IMG/VR virus record: IMGVR_UViG_3300046171_000252
Span: 1 to 64,000 of that record
Strand: one strand, 5' to 3'
DNA: 64,000 nt
Every line of letters starts with the position of its first letter. Within the stretch, counting starts at the first letter, position 1. Positions 49,629-59,018 of the stretch are shown here, piece by piece. The notes beneath the pieces were generated by a model. That model had not been told where the DNA came from, did no database searches, and saw nothing but the letters and a program-made list of their open reading frames with translations. The position numbers and the translations under genes were made by a program.

Positions 49629-49960
49629 CATCAATGCTTTTCACTTCCGGACAATCATCACACTCACATCTTGCTCAAAGTGTATTTGAGTTCTTTACAT
49701 CACTCTATGGTGTAAAGAGTGATGTTGAAGTATTTCATACAGATCTTACTGATGACAATGCATTTGGTTTTACTGAAATCAATGGTGATGAGCAATTCAT
49801 TCAGATTCATAATAATTTGAATGAGAAGGATTACATTACCACACTATTGCATGAACTTGTTCATGTTGTTCAGAATGAAAATGGTCAGTTTGATGACACT
49901 CGGAGAGAGGAGGAGGCATATGGGTTAGAGTCTATCCTGTTCAACCAGTTCAGGAAGTGA
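49625..49960 (+). CDS. Putative zincin-like metallopeptidase-fold protein
   Basis: TLLHELVHVVQ (HExxH) followed by EEEAY. Confidence 0.6.
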   Translation: MTSMLFTSGQSSHSHLAQSVFEFFTSLYGVKSDVEVFHTDLTDDNAFGFTEINGDEQFIQIHNNLNEKDYITTLLHELVHVVQNENGQFDDTRREEEAYGLESILFNQFRK

Positions 49961-50024
49961 CACAAGGGGCGTTCCACTGCCTCTCCCCATGCTATAATTA
50001 ATTCATACCAAGGGAAACCACCCC

Positions 50025-50291
50025 ATGCAACTCACCAACTCCGTCTGTATCGTTGATTTCTTCCCTGAGGCATTCATTGCCGAGGCAGATCCTATCACAG
50101 GAATGAAGGTTGTTGTTAAGCGTTTCCAGAAGCGTGTTACTTTCCGTGCTAATGGTCAAAAATCTTATAGCACTGTGACTATGCTCACTGCCAAGAATGA
50201 GTGGGCAGAGCGTATTGCCAACGGTGCAACAGTTACTAACTACAACACCGACAAAATGGATCGTTCCGAGTACACTCCAATGGGTTGCTGA
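50025..50291 (+). CDS. Hypothetical early protein
   Basis: Follows promoter copy 4 and an AGGGA SD. Confidence 0.7.
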   Translation: MQLTNSVCIVDFFPEAFIAEADPITGMKVVVKRFQKRVTFRANGQKSYSTVTMLTAKNEWAERIANGATVTNYNTDKMDRSEYTPMGC

Positions 50292-50293
50292 TT

Positions 50294-50440
50294 ATGTTTA
50301 CTACAGAAGACCATGAGTTTATCGATTTTCTCTTCGGTAAACTCACTTGCCTCACTGATACTGAGATGATTGATTTGCACGATGATGATTCTTGTGATGA
50401 TCATCTTCAATTTGAACAACTTACTCTTCCCGAATCATGA
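50294..50440 (+). CDS. Small acidic hypothetical protein, 48 aa
   Basis: Manually translated. Confidence 0.5.
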   Translation: MFTTEDHEFIDFLFGKLTCLTDTEMIDLHDDDSCDDHLQFEQLTLPES

Positions 50441-50685
50441 ACCCACAATTTACTGGTGTATTTACAACGGTCAAAGAGCATGGTGGAGTCTATGCAGTTT
50501 GTACTGAGGGTGAATTATTTTACTCTCCAATGTATGAAGATGGTAGTGTGAATTTTGAGGAGTTTGAAATTGTAGATTTTTGGGATTCTGAAATTGACCC
50601 AGAGGAACTTGAAAAAATTCAATCTGTATTGATTGATATGATGCAGATTGCTGGTCTTTATTTCAAGTCCATGGTGCCAGTTTAA
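50437..50685 (+). CDS. Hypothetical protein
   Basis: ORF track entry; its last codons (CCA GTT TAA) lie in the 84-bp repeat. Confidence 0.65.
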   Translation: MNPQFTGVFTTVKEHGGVYAVCTEGELFYSPMYEDGSVNFEEFEIVDFWDSEIDPEELEKIQSVLIDMMQIAGLYFKSMVPV

Positions 50686-50760
50686 CTAGTGTCACACGGC
50701 ATGTTGAAACCCCATCAGGATGCCCTATAATACATTCATACAAGGGAAACCACCCATGAC
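50677..50760 (+). repeat. 84-bp exact direct repeat, left copy (stop codon, promoter, SD, ATG)
   Basis: Identical to 53888-53971 by direct comparison. Confidence 0.92.
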
Positions 50761-50938
50761 CACCTTTGACTTTGATACAGAATATTACTGGGGTGCTCTC
50801 ATGGTCAAACTGGTTCCCTTGTTTGCCATGGATGTTTACAAAGCATCCGATGATGAGTTGGTATGGGTTTTTGATGTGAACAACCCTGATAATGGGTATC
50901 ATGTTCCTGCTCGCAATCTTTCCACCTATTCTTATTGA
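50756..50938 (+). CDS. Hypothetical protein, 60 aa
   Basis: ATG 50756 and SD lie inside the repeat. Confidence 0.65.
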   Translation: MTTFDFDTEYYWGALMVKLVPLFAMDVYKASDDELVWVFDVNNPDNGYHVPARNLSTYSY

Positions 50939-51237
50939 TTATGTACTCCATCGAAATTATTGAAGAGTTTATCCGCAATCAAATTGCAAAGCCAACTGCC
51001 GATCCTACCATTTTCCGTAGTTGGTATAAGTATGCTAATGCCTCTGGTGAGTGGAATTTAACTAAAGGACATGCACCTGGATTTTGTCGTCTTGCAAAAA
51101 TTGCAGGCAAAAATATCAACGAAGAGTTTGGGTTTGATGTAATCAAGATGCACTTCTATGGTATCTGGAAAAACAATGAGATTAATAATCCCGAATTTAT
51201 GATTTGGGAAAAAGATCACGACTTCACACTGGTTTGA
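50935..51237 (+). CDS. Hypothetical protein
   Basis: ORF track entry; overlaps the previous stop. Confidence 0.65.
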   Translation: MIMYSIEIIEEFIRNQIAKPTADPTIFRSWYKYANASGEWNLTKGHAPGFCRLAKIAGKNINEEFGFDVIKMHFYGIWKNNEINNPEFMIWEKDHDFTLV

Positions 51238-51239
51238 TT

Positions 51240-51920
51240 ATGTCTGACAATCGCCCTACACTTGCAGAAGGATTTGCAAATGCCAAACAATATGAGGGAA
51301 AGAAAGTGGTTGATGTTCTGAGTAACATTACTAGACGCAATAAGGGTTCTGTTGGTAGCGAATTTGAGAAGAAGATTGGTATTCCTAAGTCTTCTGAAAG
51401 ATGTGATTACATTGATAGTGGTGATTGTAAGACTCTAAAATTCAAAAACAACAAACCCGCAGAATGTTGTGATATTATTATGCTTCAAGAGATTCTCCAT
51501 GAAGCGATGAACAACATCTCATTCTATGATAGTGCTGTATATGAAAAGATTCAACAAGTTCATTTTGCACCTATTAACAAGGATGGTGATATTGACGAGT
51601 GGACATTTGGTGAGAACTTTGTAATTTCTAAAGACACTAATCCTGCACTTTACAATCAAATGGAGAAGGATTACAATCATATCACTGAACGTATTCGCAC
51701 TCTAGTTAATTCTGGTCAGTATATTAGTGCTAGTGATGTGAATCAACGTTCGGCAGTTAAAATCCTTGAGATTCGTCCCAAGGGTGCAGGTGGTGGTTCA
51801 AGTAGAAACACTTGGAATGGTGTTGTTATCACCAAACCAGATGCACAATCTGCTTATTCTTATTACTTTAAGCAATCTGGTGTCAAGTACATCTACAACA
51901 ACCGATTGACAAATAATTAA
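51240..51920 (+). CDS. MutH/Sau3AI-family PD-(D/E)XK endonuclease
   Basis: NKGSVGSEFEKKIG..DY..GDCKTLK matches the MutH KG.G..E..D..E-x-K layout; LEIRPKGA motif; SYYFKQS. Confidence 0.65.
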   Translation: MSDNRPTLAEGFANAKQYEGKKVVDVLSNITRRNKGSVGSEFEKKIGIPKSSERCDYIDSGDCKTLKFKNNKPAECCDIIMLQEILHEAMNNISFYDSAVYEKIQQVHFAPINKDGDIDEWTFGENFVISKDTNPALYNQMEKDYNHITERIRTLVNSGQYISASDVNQRSAVKILEIRPKGAGGGSSRNTWNGVVITKPDAQSAYSYYFKQSGVKYIYNNRLTNN

Positions 51921-51934
51921 AAACCTGCTACACT
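51906..51934 (+). promoter_or_regulatory. Sigma70-type promoter TTGACA-N17-TACACT with extended TG
   Basis: Consensus -35 and correct spacing; upstream of the 52008 ORF and methylase. Confidence 0.7.
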
Positions 51935-52007
51935 GAATACATCGACAGAATACTCAACCATTACCGAGTTCTGTTATTCCTAACCATTATCCGGAAGCAT
52001 TACCACT

Positions 52008-53390
52008 ATGAAAACTATTTCATTCACAAAACAAAAAACTTGGAAAGAGAAAGTAGTTGACCAAGTTGTCAACACAGAGAAAAAATCTTTCAATACCAAA
52101 ATAAAAATTTTTGGAGAACTTCTTGTTCGTAAGGGAAATCGTTGGGTAAAGAGTACCGACCCAGTTACGATGCAAAGAGATTCTTCAAAGAGAGCAAAAA
52201 CTGATATTGTTGATGCTTATTATTTCAAAAAGAATCCAAACACAGATCGATGTCGTGGATATGATCATACTGCATCAAATATGGGAAATACTCTCATAGT
52301 TACTACCAAAGACATTGTTGATACTTTTGGTGAAAAAATTCCTGCCTTTAGTATCCTTCAACTTAACGGAAATACCAACCTTGTTGCTCAGTGTCAACTT
52401 CTCAATGGTGATATTACTATTCCTAATGATTATCAACTGAGTGATTTCATTGCATCAAAAGATGAAGAATTAGATTTTAATGTAATAGTCATTAGCAATC
52501 AAGCAGATTATAATTTTTACTATAAAATTGTTGACAATACTGTTAGTGCTAAATCAAAAGATGACAACTATTCTTCTTGCTTAGTTGGTCATAAACTTCT
52601 CAATTATGAAACTGGAGAAACAGATCTCATTACTTGGGTAACAAGAGCAATGGATCGACCTCTTTCATATTTGAATCTTAGTGCTGTTCCCAAAGATATT
52701 CCTGAGATGAATAAAATCTTCTCAGAATATAAGGGAGTAATTGTTAATGTAAGAGAAGAAACATCACCCATTGTCAACAATGGTGGCAGCAATCAATCTG
52801 TCTGGAAAGCATTTTGTTTAGACCTTTCTAAACTTGAACTTTCTGGAAAACTTTCTCCTCTTCAACTTTCTTCAGTCCTTGACAATCTAGGAAAAGAAAT
52901 TACCCAAGCATCTGACAAAAATGTTGAAGAATATTGGAACAATAAATTCTTTGGCATTAAGAAGAAACGAGGTTCTTCAATGATTGACACTAAACTTACA
53001 AATTTCAATAAATTTGTTTGTTCTCCAAAGTCTTCATGGACTCAACTAAGTTTTACTATTGAAGACTGGATTCTTTGGGAATTGTTTAGTGTAACTCGTG
53101 ATGATATTCGGGATGCACAAGATCATCGTCTTTATGGTCACGGCGGTGGTGACATTCTTGGTGGAAAAGATAGAACTGACGTTGCACATCAATCACTCAA
53201 CTTTTTAAGAACAATGTTGTTGTATGCTAATCACATTAACTTCGAAAGTCGTTTTACTGCTATTAAAGCATTTGAGTGGGCAGAAGAGAACATTTGCACG
53301 AAATTTGCAGCGGTTGACCAAGTTGATCGTCTTGACATTCTTGCAGATAAAAAAGTAAAATTAGCACTAAAGTCTCACATTTATTCATGA
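52008..53390 (+). CDS. Hypothetical protein, 460 aa
   Basis: Long ORF coupled (ATGA) to the methylase; no family recognised. Confidence 0.8.
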   Translation: MKTISFTKQKTWKEKVVDQVVNTEKKSFNTKIKIFGELLVRKGNRWVKSTDPVTMQRDSSKRAKTDIVDAYYFKKNPNTDRCRGYDHTASNMGNTLIVTTKDIVDTFGEKIPAFSILQLNGNTNLVAQCQLLNGDITIPNDYQLSDFIASKDEELDFNVIVISNQADYNFYYKIVDNTVSAKSKDDNYSSCLVGHKLLNYETGETDLITWVTRAMDRPLSYLNLSAVPKDIPEMNKIFSEYKGVIVNVREETSPIVNNGGSNQSVWKAFCLDLSKLELSGKLSPLQLSSVLDNLGKEITQASDKNVEEYWNNKFFGIKKKRGSSMIDTKLTNFNKFVCSPKSSWTQLSFTIEDWILWELFSVTRDDIRDAQDHRLYGHGGGDILGGKDRTDVAHQSLNFLRTMLLYANHINFESRFTAIKAFEWAEENICTKFAAVDQVDRLDILADKKVKLALKSHIYS

Positions 53391-53896
53391 CATCATCCAC
53401 ACTCAAAGTATTAACAGCAAGCACAGGTAATCGTAAAGACACATGGAACACTCCCCCCGAATTTGTGGGGGATGTTGTTAAGTTCTTCGGTGGTAGGATT
53501 GGATTAGACCCGTGCTCTAATAGTATGGATGAACCTAATGTTCCTGCCGACAAAGTTTATACTGAAGAAATGGATGGACTTCAACAAAGTTGGGTTGCTG
53601 ATAGTGTTTTCATGAATCATCCATATTCTGCTAGTAAAAAATGGATTCCCCATGCTGCTGCCCAATACGAAAATGGAAATGCGAAAGAAATGGTTCTTCT
53701 CATTAAGTTGGACGTTTCTACCAAATGGTGGAGATCTATTGAGAAATATCCATGGATAGGAGTCAATAGACGGTTAAGATTCGGTGCTGCCAAAAGTGCA
53801 GCACCATTTCAGTCTGCTATCATATACCTTGGGACTGATCTTGACCGATTTAAGAACACTTTTGGTAAGTATGGAACCCTTTATGCACCAGTTTAA
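53387..53896 (+). CDS. Phage DNA N6-adenine methyltransferase (Dam-like, PF05869 type)
   Basis: DTWNTPP, LDPCS, DGLQQSW, VFMNHPY (motif IV variant), TKWW. Confidence 0.85.
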   Translation: MTSSTLKVLTASTGNRKDTWNTPPEFVGDVVKFFGGRIGLDPCSNSMDEPNVPADKVYTEEMDGLQQSWVADSVFMNHPYSASKKWIPHAAAQYENGNAKEMVLLIKLDVSTKWWRSIEKYPWIGVNRRLRFGAAKSAAPFQSAIIYLGTDLDRFKNTFGKYGTLYAPV

Positions 53897-53971
53897 CTAG
53901 TGTCACACGGCATGTTGAAACCCCATCAGGATGCCCTATAATACATTCATACAAGGGAAACCACCCATGAC
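53888..53971 (+). repeat. 84-bp exact direct repeat, right copy
   Basis: Identical to 50677-50760. Confidence 0.92.
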
Positions 53972-54353
53972 TGCCACCTTCACCGACTACGTTGCTCAAC
54001 AGGATGCACGTAACACCATTCAGTTGAATGTCACTAAGTATGCTCTCATGCTTTGTGATGCACTGCAACAGTCTTATCAACGTCAGTATCCAAATGGTCG
54101 CAACTATTCTTATGCACTGATCTCCGGTCGTAAGTATCACAAAGTGATGCAGTGTGTAGATGGTCAAACTGAATCAGTTCATGCCTTCATTGATAAGAAA
54201 ACTGGTGAAGTATACAAACCAGCATCCGTCAAGGCACCGGCAAAAGGTGTTCGTTTCAATCTACTAATCATCGAAGAACGTGAGTTTGTGTTGGAGAACT
54301 GTGATTGGGCAGGTGGTTATCTCTACCGCAATGCATACTATCAAGGTGCATGA
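53967..54353 (+). CDS. Conserved phage hypothetical protein
   Basis: GRKYHKV..VHAFIDKKTGEVYKPAS.KAPAKGVRFNL. Confidence 0.75.
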   Translation: MTATFTDYVAQQDARNTIQLNVTKYALMLCDALQQSYQRQYPNGRNYSYALISGRKYHKVMQCVDGQTESVHAFIDKKTGEVYKPASVKAPAKGVRFNLLIIEEREFVLENCDWAGGYLYRNAYYQGA

Positions 54354-54490
54354 TAGAATTTAATGAAGAACAATACTGCCTCATTATAGAGGCAGTAGAG
54401 GATTACGCTATGTTAGTTGATGAAGAAACCTCCTTCAAATGTGAGGAGATTAACTCTATTATTCAGGCACATCTTGATGAATTACACTAA
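54350..54490 (+). CDS. Small hypothetical protein
   Basis: ATGA-coupled ORF. Confidence 0.55.
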   Translation: MIEFNEEQYCLIIEAVEDYAMLVDEETSFKCEEINSIIQAHLDELH

Positions 54491-54677
54491 AGCACAATTG
54501 GTTGATGCACTTGTGGCAGAGTGGGACTATCTTTGTCATGATGATTATGACCCAGAAGATCCAACACCAGAAGAATATCGCAAAGAGATGGAAGAACTCA
54601 CAATCGAAGAATTGATTGAAGAAACATCAACTGGCGAAGGTTACACTCTTGACGAATTTATGGAGAATTACGGATGA
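54477..54677 (+). CDS. Small acidic hypothetical protein
   Basis: ORF track entry, internal ATG chosen. Confidence 0.6.
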   Translation: MNYTKAQLVDALVAEWDYLCHDDYDPEDPTPEEYRKEMEELTIEELIEETSTGEGYTLDEFMENYG

Positions 54678-54832
54678 ATGTATCATGTGATCGATGGGTT
54701 GTTTCATGGAAACGTGAGAAGAAAAATGGTTACACTTCAACCCAGCAGGTTGTAGTCTATGGAATCGAAAATGTTGAGCACGTCATCAACACAATGGTTC
54801 CGACAGATGAATGGAGTGTAACACCGGCATGA
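54674..54832 (+). CDS. Small hypothetical protein, 52 aa
   Basis: Manually translated; ATGA coupling. Confidence 0.55.
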   Translation: MNVSCDRWVVSWKREKKNGYTSTQQVVVYGIENVEHVINTMVPTDEWSVTPA

Positions 54833-54982
54833 CTGCCACACACAAACTAATCTTTATAGCATCTTTCATGTGGTTTATGAATTGGGGAACACGACTCACC
54901 TATTCTCTTCTGAGTGGATTATGATTGAAATTCCTCCATTGACATGTGGTATAAATTAAAGTAAAATAGTAGCACACTTGAG

Positions 54983-55168
54983 GTGAATCACATGGAAGAA
55001 AGACTTTTCAAAATTCAAGAGTTGAGTACAGTCGGGTGGGAAGATGTTGTTGAGGACGACAATTCTAATCGTAAATTGACTAAGGAACAATGTAATGCCA
55101 AACTGCAAGGTTATCTCGGAATTGGAATCGCACCAGACAGACTCAGAGCAGTTATTGACAACGATTGA
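54983..55168 (+). CDS. Small hypothetical protein
   Basis: GAGGTG SD; ORF track entry. Confidence 0.6.
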   Translation: MNHMEERLFKIQELSTVGWEDVVEDDNSNRKLTKEQCNAKLQGYLGIGIAPDRLRAVIDND

Positions 55169-55457
55169 ACTTCCGCGTGATTTCATACATCAATCTCCAA
55201 AAGGTTTCTCATATGAAGTTACAGAGCATAGAAAAAATATGCTTGCTATTTGGATTCTCAATCATGGCATGTTCTCTTATACTGATACACCTCCCCGATC
55301 AATCTGGGGATTCTACAGCACAAAGAAGAGATGCTATCATGCGCCTATTAACTCCACCAAGCACGGAGATAAGGTAGATATTAGTTCTACGACTCCATAT
55401 ACCGCAATGCAACTCAATCTCAACCCTCTTGAATATGCACTATACTCCAAAAGTTGA
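55095..55457 (+). CDS. Conserved cyanophage hypothetical protein, start uncertain
   Basis: SIWGFY..K..YHAPINSTK.G..V....TTPYTAMQLNL. Confidence 0.7.
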   Translation: MPNCKVISELESHQTDSEQLLTTIELPRDFIHQSPKGFSYEVTEHRKNMLAIWILNHGMFSYTDTPPRSIWGFYSTKKRCYHAPINSTKHGDKVDISSTTPYTAMQLNLNPLEYALYSKS

Positions 55458-55731
55458 TGACTATGTTATTTGGAATCATAATGGTTTAGTTCATAAGGGT
55501 TGGGTGTATTTTGTGGATGAAATGTATATTACGATTGAGACTGGTATCAAACCAAAACCTAATTGTCAATATACAAAGAATGAGAAACACAAATACATTC
55601 ATACACTCTTACTATGTCATCCACACTATTGGAAAGATTTAGAGTATGTTTATACAAGGAAGAATAAGTACGGCAAAACCTTAGATGAGATGGATACATA
55701 CAATCGGTTTGATAATGTTGAGGTAGATTAA
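55429..55731 (+). CDS. Hypothetical protein
   Basis: ORF track entry. Confidence 0.65.
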   Translation: MNMHYTPKVDDYVIWNHNGLVHKGWVYFVDEMYITIETGIKPKPNCQYTKNEKHKYIHTLLLCHPHYWKDLEYVYTRKNKYGKTLDEMDTYNRFDNVEVD

Positions 55732-55735
55732 ATTT

Positions 55736-56386
55736 GTGAATCCATATAAAAAGGTATTATTCCCGATACACATCTTCCAGGCTCATATCAAAGAGAATGA
55801 GTTAATTAAGGAGGAATTGTCTCATGCGATTGAGAACTATCGTGATAAGGGAGATTCAAAAGTACCCGAAGGATGGTTGACTGATAATCTACTGACATCA
55901 TTTGATGCAGATAATTTTAACTTCAAACTCTTTTCCGAGAGTCAAGTGACACAGAGATTATATGAAAAATATATTCTTAAGTTCTTTGATAGACCGACAA
56001 AGGTCAATGTACTCGAAATGTGGTTTAATTATTATAGTAATGGTGAGTATCAAGAAGTGCATACACATGTGCAACCTGATATGTTTGCACCACGCCCACA
56101 TTTCTCATGTATTCATTACTTAAAGTTTGATCCTGAGGTACATCAACCAGTGGTATTCAATGACCCAATCGGAATACTAAGGCAAACCAATTCAATTGAA
56201 CTGGACTCTAATAACTATAATGATAAGTATGAACCACAATTAAGGGAGGGTAGTATTATTATGTTCCCTCCATACTTAGAGCACTATGTACCAAAATCAG
56301 AACCAACACCGAACAATCCAAGAATTAGTGTGGCATTTAATATTATCCTGACAGAATATGGAGAGGACAAATTGTATGGACCTTAA
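55736..56386 (+). CDS. Putative 2OG-Fe(II) oxygenase (PF13759/TIGR02466-like)
   Basis: WFNYY..GEYQEVHTH, FSCIHYL, EGSIIMFPPYLEHYV, RISVAFN. Confidence 0.8.
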   Translation: MNPYKKVLFPIHIFQAHIKENELIKEELSHAIENYRDKGDSKVPEGWLTDNLLTSFDADNFNFKLFSESQVTQRLYEKYILKFFDRPTKVNVLEMWFNYYSNGEYQEVHTHVQPDMFAPRPHFSCIHYLKFDPEVHQPVVFNDPIGILRQTNSIELDSNNYNDKYEPQLREGSIIMFPPYLEHYVPKSEPTPNNPRISVAFNIILTEYGEDKLYGP

Positions 56387-56855
56387 TTATATCGATCAGT
56401 TCTTTTCTGAGGAAGAGCATCAGGTTATTCATGAGTATTGTATGAGTGCAGAGTATTCATATGGTGAGAGAGATGATATGAATTTACCGGTGACGGGTAT
56501 GATTCATAATATACCAGAGACAGAGTTTGTATATAAACTGATTAAAAAGAAGTTAAAAGATTCATCAGAGCAAGTGCAGGGTAAGAAACTTTACCGAATG
56601 TATGTGAATTGTTTTGTACCATGTGAGCGTCCATATTTTCATACCGATGGAGAGGAAGGAATTACATTCATCTATTATCCGAATATGGGATGGGACAAAG
56701 ATGATGGAGGAGAGACACAATTTCTAATGAATGATGAAATGTATGGTGTGCTACCAATACCGAATCGTATGGTCGTGTTTAGTGCGAATCTATTACATCG
56801 TGCCACAACATTTAGAAATGACCACCGATTCACCGTCGCAATTAAATATATGTGA
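56379..56855 (+). CDS. 2OG-Fe(II) oxygenase
   Basis: YFHTD (HxD), GGETQF, NRMVVF..LLHRA, RFTVA. Confidence 0.8.
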   Translation, partial: DLNYIDQFFSEEEHQVIHEYCMSAEYSYGERDDMNLPVTGMIHNIPETEFVYKLIKKKLKDSSEQVQGKKLYRMYVNCFVPCERPYFHTDGEEGITFIYYPNMGWDKDDGGETQFLMNDEMYGVLPIPNRMVVFSANLLHRATTFRNDHRFTVAIKYM

Positions 56856-56887
56856 ATAAATAAATATGGGTAAAAACTGTTTCTGTA

Positions 56888-58069
56888 ATGGCAATTAATA
56901 ACACACAAACCAAATACTTTACTTCCGGAGAAATTAAATTCAGTGCCATTCGGGATACTTTTGGTGATTTAGCAGGAACGAATGTAAGTGCATCTGATTA
57001 TCTAAGAAATGCCGGTGATGATATAGATTGGTCCGATGATTCTAATATCACTCCCAGAGTACCAAATGCGACAGAGAATGCGGATGTTGCGACATCATCT
57101 AATTGGAGTACATCACAATTAAGAGATTCGATTGTAGAATATAATATCACACAAAGTGGAAATGATGAAGAATTAGAATTTGCGGATACGAATGCATCAC
57201 AATGGAATTCTAATTTATCAAAGAATGTTCCAAAGAGAATGGATGTGGAGGGTGTTGTTTATGCGAATGAGGTGAGTAAGTATGCACTGAAGTTTAGTGA
57301 GGGAGAATATAATAATCTAACGATTAATGTACCGGACGGTGGTGCAATCTATGGTGAGGGTGGTGCTGCCGGAGGAGGAAATGGTGGTGGTGCCCTGTAT
57401 ATTGAGAATACTGCCAGTTATGATAATGTATCAATCACATTAGGAAGTAATGGTCGAATATGGGCCGGAGGTGGCGGTGGAAATAGTGGAAATAGTGGAA
57501 ATAGTGGTTCATCTATTAGTTGTTCTGTTAATAGTAACAATATTACTGGTAATTATACTAGTAACGGAAGAAATTATCCTGGAAATGCGGCAGGAATTAG
57601 TGCCTGTCAGCAAAATACTGGTTTTGGTGTGAATAGTGTAATTTCTGCCAATCCAAATAGTGTAAGAAATCGTTGTCGTGGTGGATCATTTCGTGCGGGA
57701 CAAGGATGGAATCCGAATTCAAAGAGCGGATATCAATGTAGTCCAAATTGGTCATTTGTTTGTAGTGGATCATCATCCAATAATATTGGTGGTGGTAATG
57801 GAGGTTCTGGAGGTAGTGGAGGAGTCGGACAAGGATTCAGTAATCAGAGTGGACCCGGTGCCGGTAATCCTGGTAATAGTGGTAATACTAACTCATGTGG
57901 AAACTCAGGTGCAAGTAGCAGTGGAAATCCCGGAAATAGTGGTGGTACAGGAGGAACATGGGGAGTTTCTGCCGGAGGTAGTGCCGGAATTGCGATTAAG
58001 AAGAAGAGTACAAGTGTCAATCAAGGATTATCGGCTAATACTGTCAAGGGCGGAATCAGTAATATATAA
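56888..58069 (+). CDS. Gly-rich tail fibre tip / gp38-like adhesin
   Basis: IYGEGGAAGGGNGGGAL, GRIWAGGGGG, Gly/Asn/Ser repeats with Cys-containing segments, GGSAGIAI near the C-terminus. Confidence 0.6.
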   Translation: MAINNTQTKYFTSGEIKFSAIRDTFGDLAGTNVSASDYLRNAGDDIDWSDDSNITPRVPNATENADVATSSNWSTSQLRDSIVEYNITQSGNDEELEFADTNASQWNSNLSKNVPKRMDVEGVVYANEVSKYALKFSEGEYNNLTINVPDGGAIYGEGGAAGGGNGGGALYIENTASYDNVSITLGSNGRIWAGGGGGNSGNSGNSGSSISCSVNSNNITGNYTSNGRNYPGNAAGISACQQNTGFGVNSVISANPNSVRNRCRGGSFRAGQGWNPNSKSGYQCSPNWSFVCSGSSSNNIGGGNGGSGGSGGVGQGFSNQSGPGAGNPGNSGNTNSCGNSGASSSGNPGNSGGTGGTWGVSAGGSAGIAIKKKSTSVNQGLSANTVKGGISNI

Positions 58070-58090
58070 TTGAAAGTATGATATAATAGT

Positions 58091-58429
58091 ATGATGAATG
58101 ATGTGAAACTATCAACAATTGTATTTCGTTTTCTGGATGAATTCTTTTTACAGGAAGCATCCGGAAAGGAATGGAGAGCATCAAAGAACTGTCAAAAGGA
58201 AAGGTGGTCAATTTGTGATGGATGTGAGTACTTTGATGAACCCGAAGAAGGATGTAAGTATTGTGGATGTTATCTACCACATAAGATAAAGGATCCATTT
58301 GGTGATTGTCCATTGGATAAGTGGATATCAAATAGTGAGCAGTGGTATGATGAGGACTATGATTATCTCAAACAATTAATTATTGAAAAGAACCCAGAAC
58401 TGAAGGAGTATTTGAATGGAAACAGTTGA
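58091..58429 (+). CDS. Cys-rich small protein (DUF6171-like)
   Basis: R..ICDGC...CKYCGCYL..K....CP..KW. Confidence 0.7.
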   Translation: MMNDVKLSTIVFRFLDEFFLQEASGKEWRASKNCQKERWSICDGCEYFDEPEEGCKYCGCYLPHKIKDPFGDCPLDKWISNSEQWYDEDYDYLKQLIIEKNPELKEYLNGNS

Positions 58430-59018
58430 ACTCAAAGGTGAATATCATGATTTTATAGGAACATATTCGAATGTATATGATTCTAAGTTCTGTGATAGTA
58501 TTATAAAGTCTTTTGATTATTATCAGGATATTGATGCAGTCTTCTGTGAAGATAATCAATTTGAGAACAGTAATGCCGGACGATTTGATTGGGCATTAGA
58601 TTTGGCAGAGATGAATCCTGCAATGAAAGATAATCAGTCACAATTGTTAAATGAGACATTACAACCATGTTTTGATGAATATGTAAATGTCTTCGGTCAT
58701 CTAAAGACTGTACCAATGTATTCACTCTCACAGAAGATACAGAAGACTCCTGCCGGTGGTGGTTATCATGTCTGGCACGATGAGAACTCAAACTTAGAAC
58801 AATCCAATCGTTGTCTTGTATGGATGATCTATTTGAATGATGATTATCAGGGTGGAGAAACAGAGTTCCTATATTATAAGAAAAGAATACAACCTGAGAA
58901 GGGAAAGTTATTAATATGGCCCGCAGGTATGACACATTGCCATAGAGGAGGATTAGTATTGGAAGGAACAAAGTATATTGCAACAGGTTGGTTCTATCTG
59001 GCAAATTACAATGGATGA
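58416..59018 (+). CDS. 2OG-Fe(II) oxygenase, P4Hc-like
   Basis: GYHVWHDE, WMIYLND..GGETEF, GKLLIWPA..THCHRG, KYIATGW. Confidence 0.85.
   Translation: METVELKGEYHDFIGTYSNVYDSKFCDSIIKSFDYYQDIDAVFCEDNQFENSNAGRFDWALDLAEMNPAMKDNQSQLLNETLQPCFDEYVNVFGHLKTVPMYSLSQKIQKTPAGGGYHVWHDENSNLEQSNRCLVWMIYLNDDYQGGETEFLYYKKRIQPEKGKLLIWPAGMTHCHRGGLVLEGTKYIATGWFYLANYNG

Noticed and set aside
50677-53971. Composite transposon or integrative element
   Set aside because: No transposase, integrase, terminal inverted repeats or short target duplication; the repeats are copies of the promoter element.
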